From the human T2T-CHM13v2.0 reference genome, Homo sapiens: a DNA stretch of 64,000 bases. The DNA is taken from the NCBI RefSeq assembly GCF_009914755.1, contig NC_060935.1; one strand, given 5' to 3'. The notes under the pieces were generated by a model. That model did not search any database, was not told the origin of the DNA, and saw only the letters and a list, made by a program, of their open reading frames with translations. Below are positions 1 to 13,500 of the stretch, in pieces. Position 1 is the first letter of the stretch; each line of letters begins with the position of its first letter. The position numbers were made by a program, and so were the translations under genes.

Positions 1-228
1 CTCAGGAGTTCAAGACCAAACTAGGCGACAGAGCGAGACCTCATCTCTACAAAAAGTAAAAAATTTTATTGTTTTTTTTAAGAGACAGGGTCTCGCTCTG
101 TCGCCTAGGCTAGAGAGCAATGGTGTAATCATAGCTTACTGCAGCTTCAACCTCTGCGGCTCAAGCGACCCTCCCATCTCAGCCTCTTGAGTAGCTGGGA
201 CTACAGGTGCGTGCGACCACACCTGGCT
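1..228. mobile_element. Two Alu fragments tail-to-tail (+ left-arm end 1-62; - right arm 71-228), AluJ-like
   Basis: caggagttcaagacc...tctctacaaaaa followed by T-run and gagacagggtctcgctctgtcgcc...cacacctggct. Confidence 0.85.
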
Positions 229-536
229 TCCAACACGCTTCACACAACACAATAAAGACTCCCTCAGAATCAGAGTGAAGGAGCACTCTGGGTGATTCGT
301 TAGTCCCTTCCCAACATCAACTTGCATTTGAGGAGCTTACGATCCTCATGAGGACACATGACCTTGGGCAGACTTATATAAACGTTCTTAGAGTTCCTAT
401 AAGAACTGTAAGTTTCTATAACTTTTCTATAGTTCTTATAGTTTCTATAGCCACTAATAAAAGTAAAACACTACTCTAAATGGATAGAATATCAATGTTC
501 TTCTAAAACTTCTTAAACTAGAAACTACAGGTAAGA

Positions 537-1107
<571 letters not shown>

Positions 1108-3419
1108 TTATTTTTCTTTGTTCTAGATATTATACAGATTAAGATGAAACTTTGGCTTTTAATCATCACTGCTCATGTTTTATTTATATTTTGTTTTATT
1201 TTAATGGGCAAATTACAATAGTTGTATATATTTACAGGGTACATCGTACATGTTATGATACATGTATACACTGAGGAATGATTAAATCCAGTGAATTAAC
1301 ATATCCAGCACTTCACATACTTATTGATCCACACTTTATTCAATGCTGTGCCCAACACAGTCTCAGAGACAAAGAGCAGTCTGAAATTTCCAGATGCTTT
1401 GGTAGGTCAGAAGCGCATGCCATCCACCCTCTTACACTCCGCTCAACTCCCTTTCCCTGTAGAGGGAGGAGGCAAGCTTTTGGGCTCAGGCTTCTCCTAC
1501 ACTTTTTTTTCCACCCCCACCCCCACAAGACCTCAAAGCAAAAGCTTCCATTTCTTTTCTGCCCTTTGCTTCTCTCCCTTTTTCTATTCCCAACCTCTCA
1601 TTCCCCCTTTTTCTAATTATCCCCAAAATAAGTGACGTGCAATTAATAGATAATGGCATGAAAATCCTTGAGGCTGAGGAAAAGTAATAGAGAAGTCACT
1701 CTGCACAAACTAGAAGTGTGAGTAAGAGGAATCTATGGTTGAGCATCAAATTCTTGATTCTCAGCTTCTCAGGCTGGCCTCTGTTTACACAGCCTCAGGT
1801 GTTACACTTCAGTGTTCCAAGATATACGAGAAACCGTAGGCTAAATAGGGTGCACCTTCCTGGAACATCAACGTTTTTTCTGTGTTAAACTAAGTTAATA
1901 ATCTTAATATTAAAAAATATAGATATGACATTAAGTAGAATACAAATTTGTAAAGTTCTAGTCTCAGGAATAGGATTCAAGAGAGATAATATTTCAAATT
2001 TTCTTTTCCCAAGGGTCAACGTGCAGGAAGGTTATTTAGAGCAGCTTCTTGGTAATGGTCATATGCCATTTCAGGGCAAGAACACAGGTCTAGCTATTAA
2101 AATTCCTAGACTCTATTATGAATTCAGGACAAACACAAAGGCCTCTCTGGTCTCAATTCACTGGACATGTCAACCTGGGAGGTGCAATGAATGATAGCCT
2201 AAAAAGAGGGCATTAGAATCATGAAATACAATTTAGATTGATATAATGAGTATTGCATAACTACTTCCTGTGACCAGTCAGAGGCACTGTCAGTCAACAC
2301 ACTGTGGAAGGGTACTCAAAAATCCAAGGTTTCCAACCTTTCTTTTCTATATGATGGTATCTCAGTATATTCATACTAAGGGTGAAAGGTCAATTGAGTT
2401 AGGAAATGTTTTAATTTCTCCCTAAAAAATAATAAAATGGTCTAGCTCTCACTGCATTAAGGTCAAAATTTTCCATGGTACCTTAAATCCATGCTCTGAA
2501 AATTCTTTCCAGGATATTGGCCTTTCTATAGTTGCATTTCTGATCTTTGCTGTCTACTGATTGCCAACTAAAACAATAACACGAGAGTGGAAACTATCTC
2601 ATGGAGACCATTCTGGGAGTCGACATTTAAAGACAAAAGTTTCCAACTTCCTTAGGTTTAAAAAAAATGTTTCCACAATTTTCAGAACATTCTTATAACG
2701 TCTAAGCATTTGAAAGAACTTTTCTTCAGGGAGTAAGCCAGCTACATTTCAGTTTTTTCTCAGGCAATCTATTTTAAATATAGACACCTTGCTACTTAAT
2801 CTTTGGGGACAAGGACATTAAAATTACTTTCGAATAGCAATACATTAACCATTTTCAAAACACCATTTTTTTGATAGCTTAATATAATCCATCAGTAAGA
2901 AAATTTCATTTCTTTATTTCTAAACATATCTTTCAAAATTCCCTCTTCCTGGTCAAGACATATGATTGGTTATCTGGTCCTAGAAATTCTCGCTTGCTTT
3001 CTCTCTTGAATTTGTTGCCGTTTTCTTCCTTTGCATGTTTACTGCCACCATCACCCTCATGCGGGATTTTACCATTCACAGCCTTTAACTGGCCTTCCTA
3101 TTACCAGGAGGCCCTTCCCTTCCCTCAGCTTCCAGCTTTTTGCCGTCTCCATACTGAATTGGATTAATTAAGCCTTATATCTTATATTCAAATGATTTCA
3201 ATCTAATATAAACATCTACTGCTCCTGCCTTCTCGGGGAGACTCCTCTCCTTTAGCCTTCCCTTCCACTGAGCTGCTCACCCTTTTTTTTTTTTTTTCAA
3301 ATAGACCTTGTGCATTCTACTGCTGCCCACGCTGCTCCAACTCAGTGCCCACTGGAACCTAAATGAAATCCCACATCCTAACCACGTGCAACTGGCCTTT
3401 GCCATCTCTCTCACCCCAA

Positions 3420-3760
3420 CTTCTTCCAATCCCCATTTTATTCATTATCTCCAGCCATGCTGGACTTTCTTCTACCCCTTTCTTCTATGTTGAATTTATC
3501 TCTCTCAGGCCTTTGCATTGTTCTTCTTTCTGCGTGGAATGTTTTGAAGATCCTGGCTAAAAGCAGTACCTCTCGCACAAATCATTCTGCCATGTTACTC
3601 GAGTTTATCTTTGTCACAGCCCTATGAGAGCTTATTTGTGTTTACTGTCTATTTATCCCCATTAGAATATAAGTTCCAAGGGGTTATCTTACTGACTGCT
3701 GTACCCCCGTGCCTGTATCAGTGTCTGCAACTGACAGGTGCCTTATTAACACTTGCTGGA
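3420..3760 (+). mobile_element. L2 3' fragment (degraded)
   Basis: ctcaggcctttgcattg...tggaatg...ttagaatataagttccaag...gtgcctgtatcagtgtctg resembles the L2 3' end. Confidence 0.55.
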
Positions 3761-4649
3761 ATTCTCTCCTCTACACCTGATCATCCAATCACATGACACT
3801 GGACGCACCTCAAATGCCATGTCCTCAATACAATATTTATGTCCTTTATCAGTACCGCCTGAACTTCAGTTCGACAAAGCTGGGGAGCACCTGCTACAGA
3901 ACAGGCATGTATGAGCCAGTGGGAGTGTGACAATAAACAGGACATGGTTACAGTCCTTGTGGAACTGACAATCTTGTGGAATCTTACAAACTACAGTACT
4001 TCTATCATCCTCTGAACTCCTATGCTAATTAGACTGTACAATTAATGTGATAATGAGTCATGACATGCCTTGTAACATCTCTTCTATTGTATCCAACTAT
4101 AATTTGGTAGCTGTTAAGGATACTATCATCCAGCGATGCCGGCTCCATGCTGAGTGAGCTGTGTTGTGCCTCGTCAGTCCTTCAACTGCTCTTCTGTGGA
4201 TCCTTACACATCTCAGGCAAGAAAAGTTAAAAGTCGGAGGCCAAGAATCCTACTCTTTTCCCAGCATTGGGGTTCTCTATACCTTGCCTGGGTGCTCTTT
4301 ACAAGAAATTCAGAAGTTTTGGAGAGTTAAAAGTGCCAGAAGATGAAGAGATTTTACTTTTTTAATAAGATATATTTGCATGCCAATAAAATTAGGTGAT
4401 ACATGTAAAAATGCTTTGTGAAGTACATTATATATATGCAAAGCATAATTTTGGTGTTACCAACTTTTCAAAGATCTAATGTTTGCTGCCCATATAGCCT
4501 CAGTTCTTTAGGGCTGGAGTCACGTTTCACGCTTCTTTTTTCTCTTCTGTGCCATTATGCAAGGAGGCTTCGTTAACAAGTAAGATTCTAGATTACCTCC
4601 ACAAATTCTTAGTTCTAGACTTGGTAACTGCCTTTAGAAATAAAATTCT

Positions 4650-4790
4650 TTTTTTTTCTTTTTTCTTCTTAATAAAAAAGAGATGGAATCTCACTATGTT
4701 GCCCCAGGTCTCAAAATCCTGGCCTCAAGTGATCTTCCCACTTCGGCTTCACAAAGTGCTGAGATTACGGGCATGAGCCACCTCTCCCTG
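4650..4790 (-). mobile_element. Alu monomer (FLAM-like)
   Basis: tctcactatgttgcccc...aaagtgctgagattacgggcatgagccacc. Confidence 0.8.
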
Positions 4791-5331
4791 TCGTAAAATT
4801 CTTTATTCTGAAAATGATCAAGGCTTCTTCTGTATTACTAATGACAGAAACATCTCTTTAAAAATTCTACAGAAGACAGGTTTGCTACTGCCATTAAGAA
4901 CACGGATTTGTTACTAATAATTCTAAAACCAGAAAGAAAACAAAGTTATTCACCTGGGCTTTATTCTCTCTAGAAACAGAACTAGAACAAAAATTCATAA
5001 ATAAGAATTAAGCACAAAAAAAATCATAAACAGTGGAACAATGGTTCAATCTTTTTTTTTTTTCAGTAGACAAGGTATCACTATGAGGCTAGACTCAAAC
5101 TCCTAAGTCCAAGTAAGACTCCTGCCTTAGCCTTGATCTCAACTAGCTGGGACTACAGATGCATGCCACCTTGCTCAGCTGAATCTTATAGTATTTATGA
5201 CTGAAGATATAACTTATACTATAATTATAACTTATAATATCTATAACTAATATCTATCTATCCAGGGAACACTTATTCTCTCGAAGAGAACTAGTATGGA
5301 CAGTTGTGATAGCTAGCTTTTTACAGTATCA

Positions 5332-5760
<429 letters not shown>

Positions 5761-6024
5761 AGTATCAAATGTAAATCACCACATTAATACAAAATGTAAA
5801 AATAAATTAATGTAAACACAAATATCCACAGACCAATTTATTCATCTTCTACACGAAACTGGATGCATGATTATTTTCATTAAAATCACTTAAACAATGG
5901 CATACAGAAAACATGAATCTTTTATACTTCCTAATCTGAGTTTTATTAGTTCCAAGTTATTTTGGTACTATAACATATACGATTATTTTAAAGATGAGCT
6001 GCTTACGACTAATTTCTCCTTTTC

Positions 6025-6352
<328 letters not shown>

Positions 6353-7123
6353 TAAAATAAAACCAAAAAACCCTTTTTCTCTCTTGCATGTTTCTTTCAT
6401 ATATAGTAGTTTCTTCTTACTGACATTTAAGATACTTTACCAAAAGGGAGGCCATTGAAAAGATCAGGAATCTGAAAGTTACTTTTGGCTTTTAGAATTA
6501 AAGTTGATTTCGTTACCTATCTGACCTTATCCTGTCAAAAACATCCAACCTACCTCTCCAAAATTAGTCATGTTCTAGTTGGCTTCAACTAGAAGCATTT
6601 CTCCCACTAGTCCATTAAGTTCAAAAAAGAACTGGGAGGTGAGAATGATAATTCTATTTAATTTATGTGCAAGAAAGGAGGTTCAGGCAATGACTGAGAA
6701 ACTGAGTAACGATGGCATATAAGAGAAAGACTGCATGAGCAAAGCTAATGTTAGGTATTGTAGCAGGCCGCAAAACTAGAGGTGCTCATTTATTTTTCTG
6801 TTTTGCTCTTAAAACAAATAATAAAAATGTACGCTTTGGGTTAATGAACTTAAAAATCTTGCCAAAGTATATGTGTTAACACAGAGAGAGCCCAAGGCTG
6901 GCTGCCAGCACCCCGGAGTCTGTAATTATATATCAGCAGGTAGACACTCTCATTGTGACTCCTTGAATTTGTTTTAACTATTAACAACAACAACAACAGA
7001 AAAGTCTTTAAAAATCTCCTTACCAAATATTTCAGTAGAGTTTCCAACTTCAATTATCAATAATCTCTGTTTTTACTCTGAGTTTCTCAATGTAAAAACT
7101 AAAGGATATAAAATTTCCTTAAC

Positions 7124-7445
7124 AGCCGGGCGTGGTGGCTCACGCCTATAATCCCAGCACTTTGGGAGGCTGAGGCGGGTGGATCAGGATCTTGAACTCC
7201 TGAGGTCAGGAGTTCAAGACTAGCCTGGCCAGCATAGTAAAACTCGTCTCTGCTAAAAATACAAAAAATTAGCAGAACGTGGTGGCGCATGCCTGTAATC
7301 CCAGCTACACGGGAGGCTGAGGTAGGAGAATCGCTTGAACCTGGGGGAGGCAGAGGTTGCAGTGAGCGGAGATCATGCCACTGCACTCCAGCCTGGGCAA
7401 CAGTGTGAGACTCCATCTCAAAAAAAAAAAAAGAAAAAAAAGAAA
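7124..7445 (+). mobile_element. Alu (AluS-like) with an internal palindromic insertion
   Basis: Full Alu; TSD aaatttc(c/t)ttaac. Confidence 0.93.
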
Positions 7446-7571
7446 TTTCTTTAACTAAATCAAAATCATCCTAAATTCAAAATCAAGAACCAAGGGAGCA
7501 TTAAGAAAATTTTTAATCTTGGGTCAGCGGACGGAAAATAAAACTAGAGAATATAAAGAAGGCCTTCTTTT

Positions 7572-7949
7572 TGTTTTGTTTTGTTTTCTACTGAAACTTA
7601 CTATTTGTCATTAAGAATTGCAAACTATACTACTAAGAATGAACAACATTCTCTTCATTAAGCCTTTTTCAAAACACACAAGACAAAGCTCCCCTTTGGT
7701 CAAGGTGTTCCACACACTCCCACTGCAGCAGGCCCCACAGCTCGCAGCACAGTGGTGCACCATGGACTCGGGCACAGAGCCCAAGGAATGGAGATGACCC
7801 CAGTCTTCCCTCCTTCCCCACCCCAACTACACCCAAGGAGAAAGGATATGAGGAAATAAACTATGTCTTCAATGCTTGGTGGGGGCTGGGGGTGTCCTCT
7901 GCTATCCAGGTGGGCTGGTCAGTGCAGAGTGGGTGGTGCGTGTCCAGAG
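7572..7949 (-). pseudogene. Putative 5'-truncated processed retrocopy (3'UTR-like fragment, parent gene not identified)
   Basis: 11-bp direct repeat ggccttctttt at 7561-7571 and 7950-7960. Degenerate poly(A) tail seen as ttgttttgttttgtttt. L1 endonuclease site TTTT/AA at 7957-7962. The body is GC-richer than the flanks and not a repeat I recognise. Confidence 0.7.
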
Positions 7950-8006
7950 GGCCTTCTTTTAATTCACTACCCTAATCTATAATCCAAAGAGCCTTACAGT
8001 GACATC

Positions 8007-8762
8007 TGTGGCATGTTGAATAATGGCCCCCAAATACATCTATATCCCAATCCCCCATACTTGTGAATGTGTTACCATACATGGTAAAAAGGACTTGTAT
8101 TAACATGATTAAAGATCTTAAAATGGGGAGATGAGGACAGACACGGTGGCTCCCAGCACTTTGGGAGGCCAAGGTGGGTGGATCGCTGGAGACCAGGAGT
8201 TCGAGACCAGCACGGCCAACATGGTAAAACCCCATCTCTACTAAAAATACAAAAGTTAGCTGGGCATAGAAGCGCGCACCTGTAGTTCCAGATACTCAGG
8301 AAGTTGAGGTTGCAGTGAGCTGAGATCACGCCACTGCCCTCCTGCCTGGGCAACAGAATGAGGCCCTGTCTCGAAAACAAAAACAAAAAAAGGTGGGGGT
8401 GGGAGAGAGATGATCCTGGATTATCTGAGACAGCCCAATGTAATGACAAAGGTCCTTGCAAGAGGGAAGCAGGAGGGTCGGAATTAGGAGTAGGAGATGT
8501 GACAATGGAAGCCACAGGTTGGAGTGAAGGAAGGAAGGGGCTGAGCTAAAGAATGCAGGTGACCTTTAGAAGCTAAAAAAGGCAAGGACACATTTTTCCT
8601 TCAGAGCCTCCAGGAGGAACAGCCCTTGCTGCTGTTTTAACTTTCACCCTGTGAGACCCAGCTTGGACTTCTGACCTCCAGAACTACAGGCTAACAAATC
8701 TGTGTTTTTCCAAGTCATTAAGTTTGTGGTAATTTGTTATAGTAATAATAAGACACTAATCA
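8007..8762 (+). mobile_element. MaLR solo LTR (MLT1D-like) interrupted by an Alu (~8133-8391)
   Basis: tgtgg...aataatggccccc...tcctggattatctg...ttggacttctgacctccagaact...taagtttgtggtaatttgttatag. Confidence 0.8.
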
Positions 8763-9852
8763 ATCTTTTATTACAGTTTTAAGGGTTGTGAAGTTTAGTA
8801 GGTATTATTAGTATTAATTTAATTGAAGCTACAACAAATAATTACAAAAGAAGGTTTGAAATTGCCAGGCTTTTCCATGCCACACACCTTTGTGGGAACT
8901 ACCAGTATCTATAGAGCTTTGGAGAAAATAAAACCGACATGAGAGCAAAGGAAAAACATGATTTTATATAAGATAAAGAAAGCCTTTAATTCCTGTGTAC
9001 TCTGTAATAAGCTAGTGCAGGAGTGAAAGAACTTATAAATGATATGAAAGTTCTAAACAAAAGTGTAGCTGTCAGTTTCAGATATATAAAAAGCTAGGTG
9101 ATGCTCCAGGATGTAAAAGTGAACAGGCTTATCTACACAAAAGCAACTCTCAGAAGAATTGTGACCCTGCAAAGGTACCCTTAGGTAACTTTGACCTATG
9201 ATAAAAATCCAAACTCTCAAATCCCACCTCTACTAAGGAAGAAAATCCTTAGATCTGCTTTATACCTTGCCTTTTCTAGACAATTACATTCTAGCTATAT
9301 TTTAGTTTTCTATATGAGATGTCCTTCCTTTTATCTGGGAGACCGGGGATACACGATGCTATACCGGAAAGTGTCGGCAAACATAAATGGCTTATTTTCA
9401 TATTTACAGTTTCTCTATAGATTGCAGTCACTTAATTTTATTAGTAAATGGTGAGTCTGTATTCATTAGGCAAAATGCTGATAGTTTACTAAAATTAAGC
9501 ATGAACAGATCAAGGCAGTGAAAAGTGCTCTCAAGGCACTGTCAGATAAGCAGACTAGTAAAATTTGAGAAGACAAAAAGCTGGACTGCCTATAAGCCAC
9601 TCTAAGATCTATTTTTCCTAAATTATCATACAATTACAGCCTTTAGAATAAGTATGCTCTGTGTCAGCAGTGACATAAATCAACCTTCTCAAGTGAAGGT
9701 GAGAGGGTATACAATTTTAGTAGTTTTCCTTTCCACTTTATTACATATTTTATTTCTTATGTAAAAAAGGACCCGTTAACCAAAGTAATAGTATTTTAAA
9801 TATCACCTTTCCCTTCTTTCTCCCCAGCCTAGTTCCAGCTGATACTACATTA

Positions 9853-10158
<306 letters not shown>

Positions 10159-10316
10159 GGGCAGGGGAGGGGAAGTACTTTTAAAGTTTATCAATTTTCA
10201 GGCTATTTTTTTTTTCATCTTAAATTGTCCTTACTTTCACAATAGTTCTTTCTGAAGAGATGGAAACAGATAATCCCTTGCTTATAGAACCCCAAGGAAA
10301 AGCTCCTTTGTCCCTA

Positions 10317-10532
<216 letters not shown>

Positions 10533-13500
10533 TCATTTTGGACACTTGTGTAATTTCAAAAGGTAGACTTAAGGAGGGCTACAAGGGGCCCTCTCGAGTG
10601 AGTTAAAGAGGCAAAATGAGCAATGAGAGAACAACACATTGATAGTCCTGGTTTGCATCTATCAAAATTCATTAGTAATAAGTATCCAAACTATTTTAAG
10701 TATAAATCCTGTTATACAAAAGTATGCATAAGAACACACTTGTACTTTCATTAGGAAAAGAGAGTTCTGGTGTTTTTCAAGGGTCATAGAACTCACTACC
10801 TTTCTTTTCATATCCTCACTGCAGAAGACTGCACAGACATGAGCAAACACACACATGAAGATAAGTATCAGAAATATTTCCTGTGTTAAAGAGGAGGTAA
10901 AAAAGCAAGGCCCCAATATTAAATCATTTAAGGAAAGGGTGGACAGAAATTTGTCACTGCTAGGGGGAGAAAACTCCTCGACAGAGCACTCTGTTTAGGT
11001 TACTATCTTTCTGCTTTCTCAAAGTTCTTCGATTTGACATAAAAACACACTTACTCGGTAACTGTTCTCTGGAGTGCATAGCGATATACCTACATCTTTA
11101 TATCTGCATTTATGGGGCTCACCAAATGGTTCTTACAAAATGATAATTTTTACAGATAACATCAATCAAAAACCAAGTGAAGTTTCTACCAACTCAAATA
11201 AAATCATTTCATTGGCCATGTTGTTAACTAAGGTATATCAAAAGAATTTACATGTGATAAAATCATAATACTATAAAGCAGGCTATCCTCAATATTCAAA
11301 AATGATTTGATGGATTAGCAGGTTCTTTAAGAACTTTCTAATAATAGCAGTAGGTTTATACCAAACCAACGACATACATATCTTTGACTCAGTTCTTTAT
11401 CAAACCAACAACACATATAGGTCATGACAGCTAGTGGGATTAGAAATGTCAGCTATGATACAGTTGTTCTGTTAGAAATGTCTAATAGTCTCATGAGCAC
11501 TGTCCTTTAATCAACTGATCTAGCTGGGAAAAGGACATATTTGCCATCCTAAGCATCCTGAGACAGTAGGAAAGTGAAAAATGAGGGAATATAGATAAAT
11601 ATATTGTGATTTATCAACAGTTTTGGTAGAATACACAATTGTTTTGGTGACATCTCACTCCCTCACAGGACCAGTCAGGTGTATCTTTCCTTCACCACAA
11701 AGAGGAAGTTCAGGGTAGCACATATTTACTAGCAATAACTGCCAAGACTGAGCGCTTGTGGCAAGAAATGGTAGGGGAGAAGGTTGAAGAAGGGGAGTTA
11801 GATGCCAGCCCATCTACAGAGCAGATTGCAAAATAATTCAAACTGCATTCTGACCACAAGAAATATAACATTCTGGAATGCAAATACTGTAGTCACTTTA
11901 AGAACATATCTTATATGTAGATAATATAAATCATTAAGAAAGATCCTCAAAGGAATTATTGTAATTTTTGTTCGCCACACACAAGGCTTTTGAAGCATCT
12001 CCCTCAAAAATACAAGTCATTGTTATAGCCAAGATTATCGATTTAATAGAAGAAAAAGGAGAAAATAAGAAGTCTTCCACTTAGCAGTTAAAAGGACTAG
12101 AATCAAGCTTTCCCTGGGAGGTCAGAGGTGGGGATAAGTAAGCTCCCACTCGGGTGTGTTTAGGCTTCCGGTGAGGTCTGCTATGAACTTTAAACAACAC
12201 GAAGTCCAAACTAGGGAGAGTAACTTAACAGAAGCTGTGAAAGAACTGGCCATCCATCAGAGGTAGAATGCTATGTTTTAAGAGGCCATTTTCTAACAGT
12301 ACCTGCTCCTCTGACCCCCTATTTCTCTTAACCCAAGGCCTAATTATTCTAATAATATGTTTTAGTTGCTAAACCTTGTCTAATTAAAGAGCTTTGAAGA
12401 GACAGCTATTCTTGAGAAACATAAAAATAAACCCTTATGAAGGTTTACCATCAGAAGCTCATTTGGCCAAGCTACCCATTAATTAAAATGCCCAAGAGAC
12501 ATTTGTCTGGCAGTAAATACTAATTACCAGAACACATCAAAGTGCTTCTTAAATGCTGCAGAATGATTAATTTCACAATTTCCAAAATAAGTGATTTCTT
12601 TTATTAAGAAAGTCTTTATAAATTTCTAAGTACCTTGTTTTCCTAAAGTGATTGGAAAGTTCTCAAAACTGTTATACGGGCCAGAAGCTGCTGGAATGCA
12701 GCCTAGTTCTGTTTTATCTCTACAGTGACACATCAGTTGTCCCTGGACAAATCATTTATCCTGCCAATACCCCCACCTCTTGATCTTCTAAATACAAGTA
12801 AACTCTGTTGCATGCTATACCCAAAGAAAGAACAGAATATTTGGGAATAAACGTGTACTCTGATTAAGAGTATCATACGTTAAAACTTTCACTTTCAAAG
12901 ATGTTGCAAAAGACATTTTTGAAAAGGTCCACTGAATACTATATAGGGAATACTTAAACATCTAGTCAATAGAGCACAAAGTCCTTCAGGATTCTGCAGA
13001 GCTTAAAGGTGATTTTCTACACATCGATTGTCACTGTTAATGGTTCTGGTTAAAAGGTAGCTGTAACAGCGCACTGGGTAGTACAGCTTAAACTATAATA
13101 CTTTCCCCAAAGTTACCTTCAGTACCCCTATAGTTATAGATACAAAGAAGATAAACAAATCACTTTTTTTTTTCCCCTGGACTCTAAATACACTTACGGA
13201 ACAAATCACTTTTTTTTTTTAAAGTGTTCACATTAGATATTTGCTCCTAGCCATTGTGTTTAGGGTTCAAGTTTTCTTCTCTTTGGGAGCACTGTGCTCT
13301 TCACATGCAAGCTCCTTCCAGTGGCTCAATCGCATTCAGACCTCAGCCTCCGCCCTGATTTTTGCCCATCTTATCCCCCCAACCCCTACTCCCATTGGTT
13401 TGCTTTCACTGTAAACCTACGAGGTCTAGTGGGTGTGCCAGGAAGCCAGCAGCCTGCAGTGGTTTTCACTCCCTGCTGAAAATCGCCTTTCAGCTGCCTG

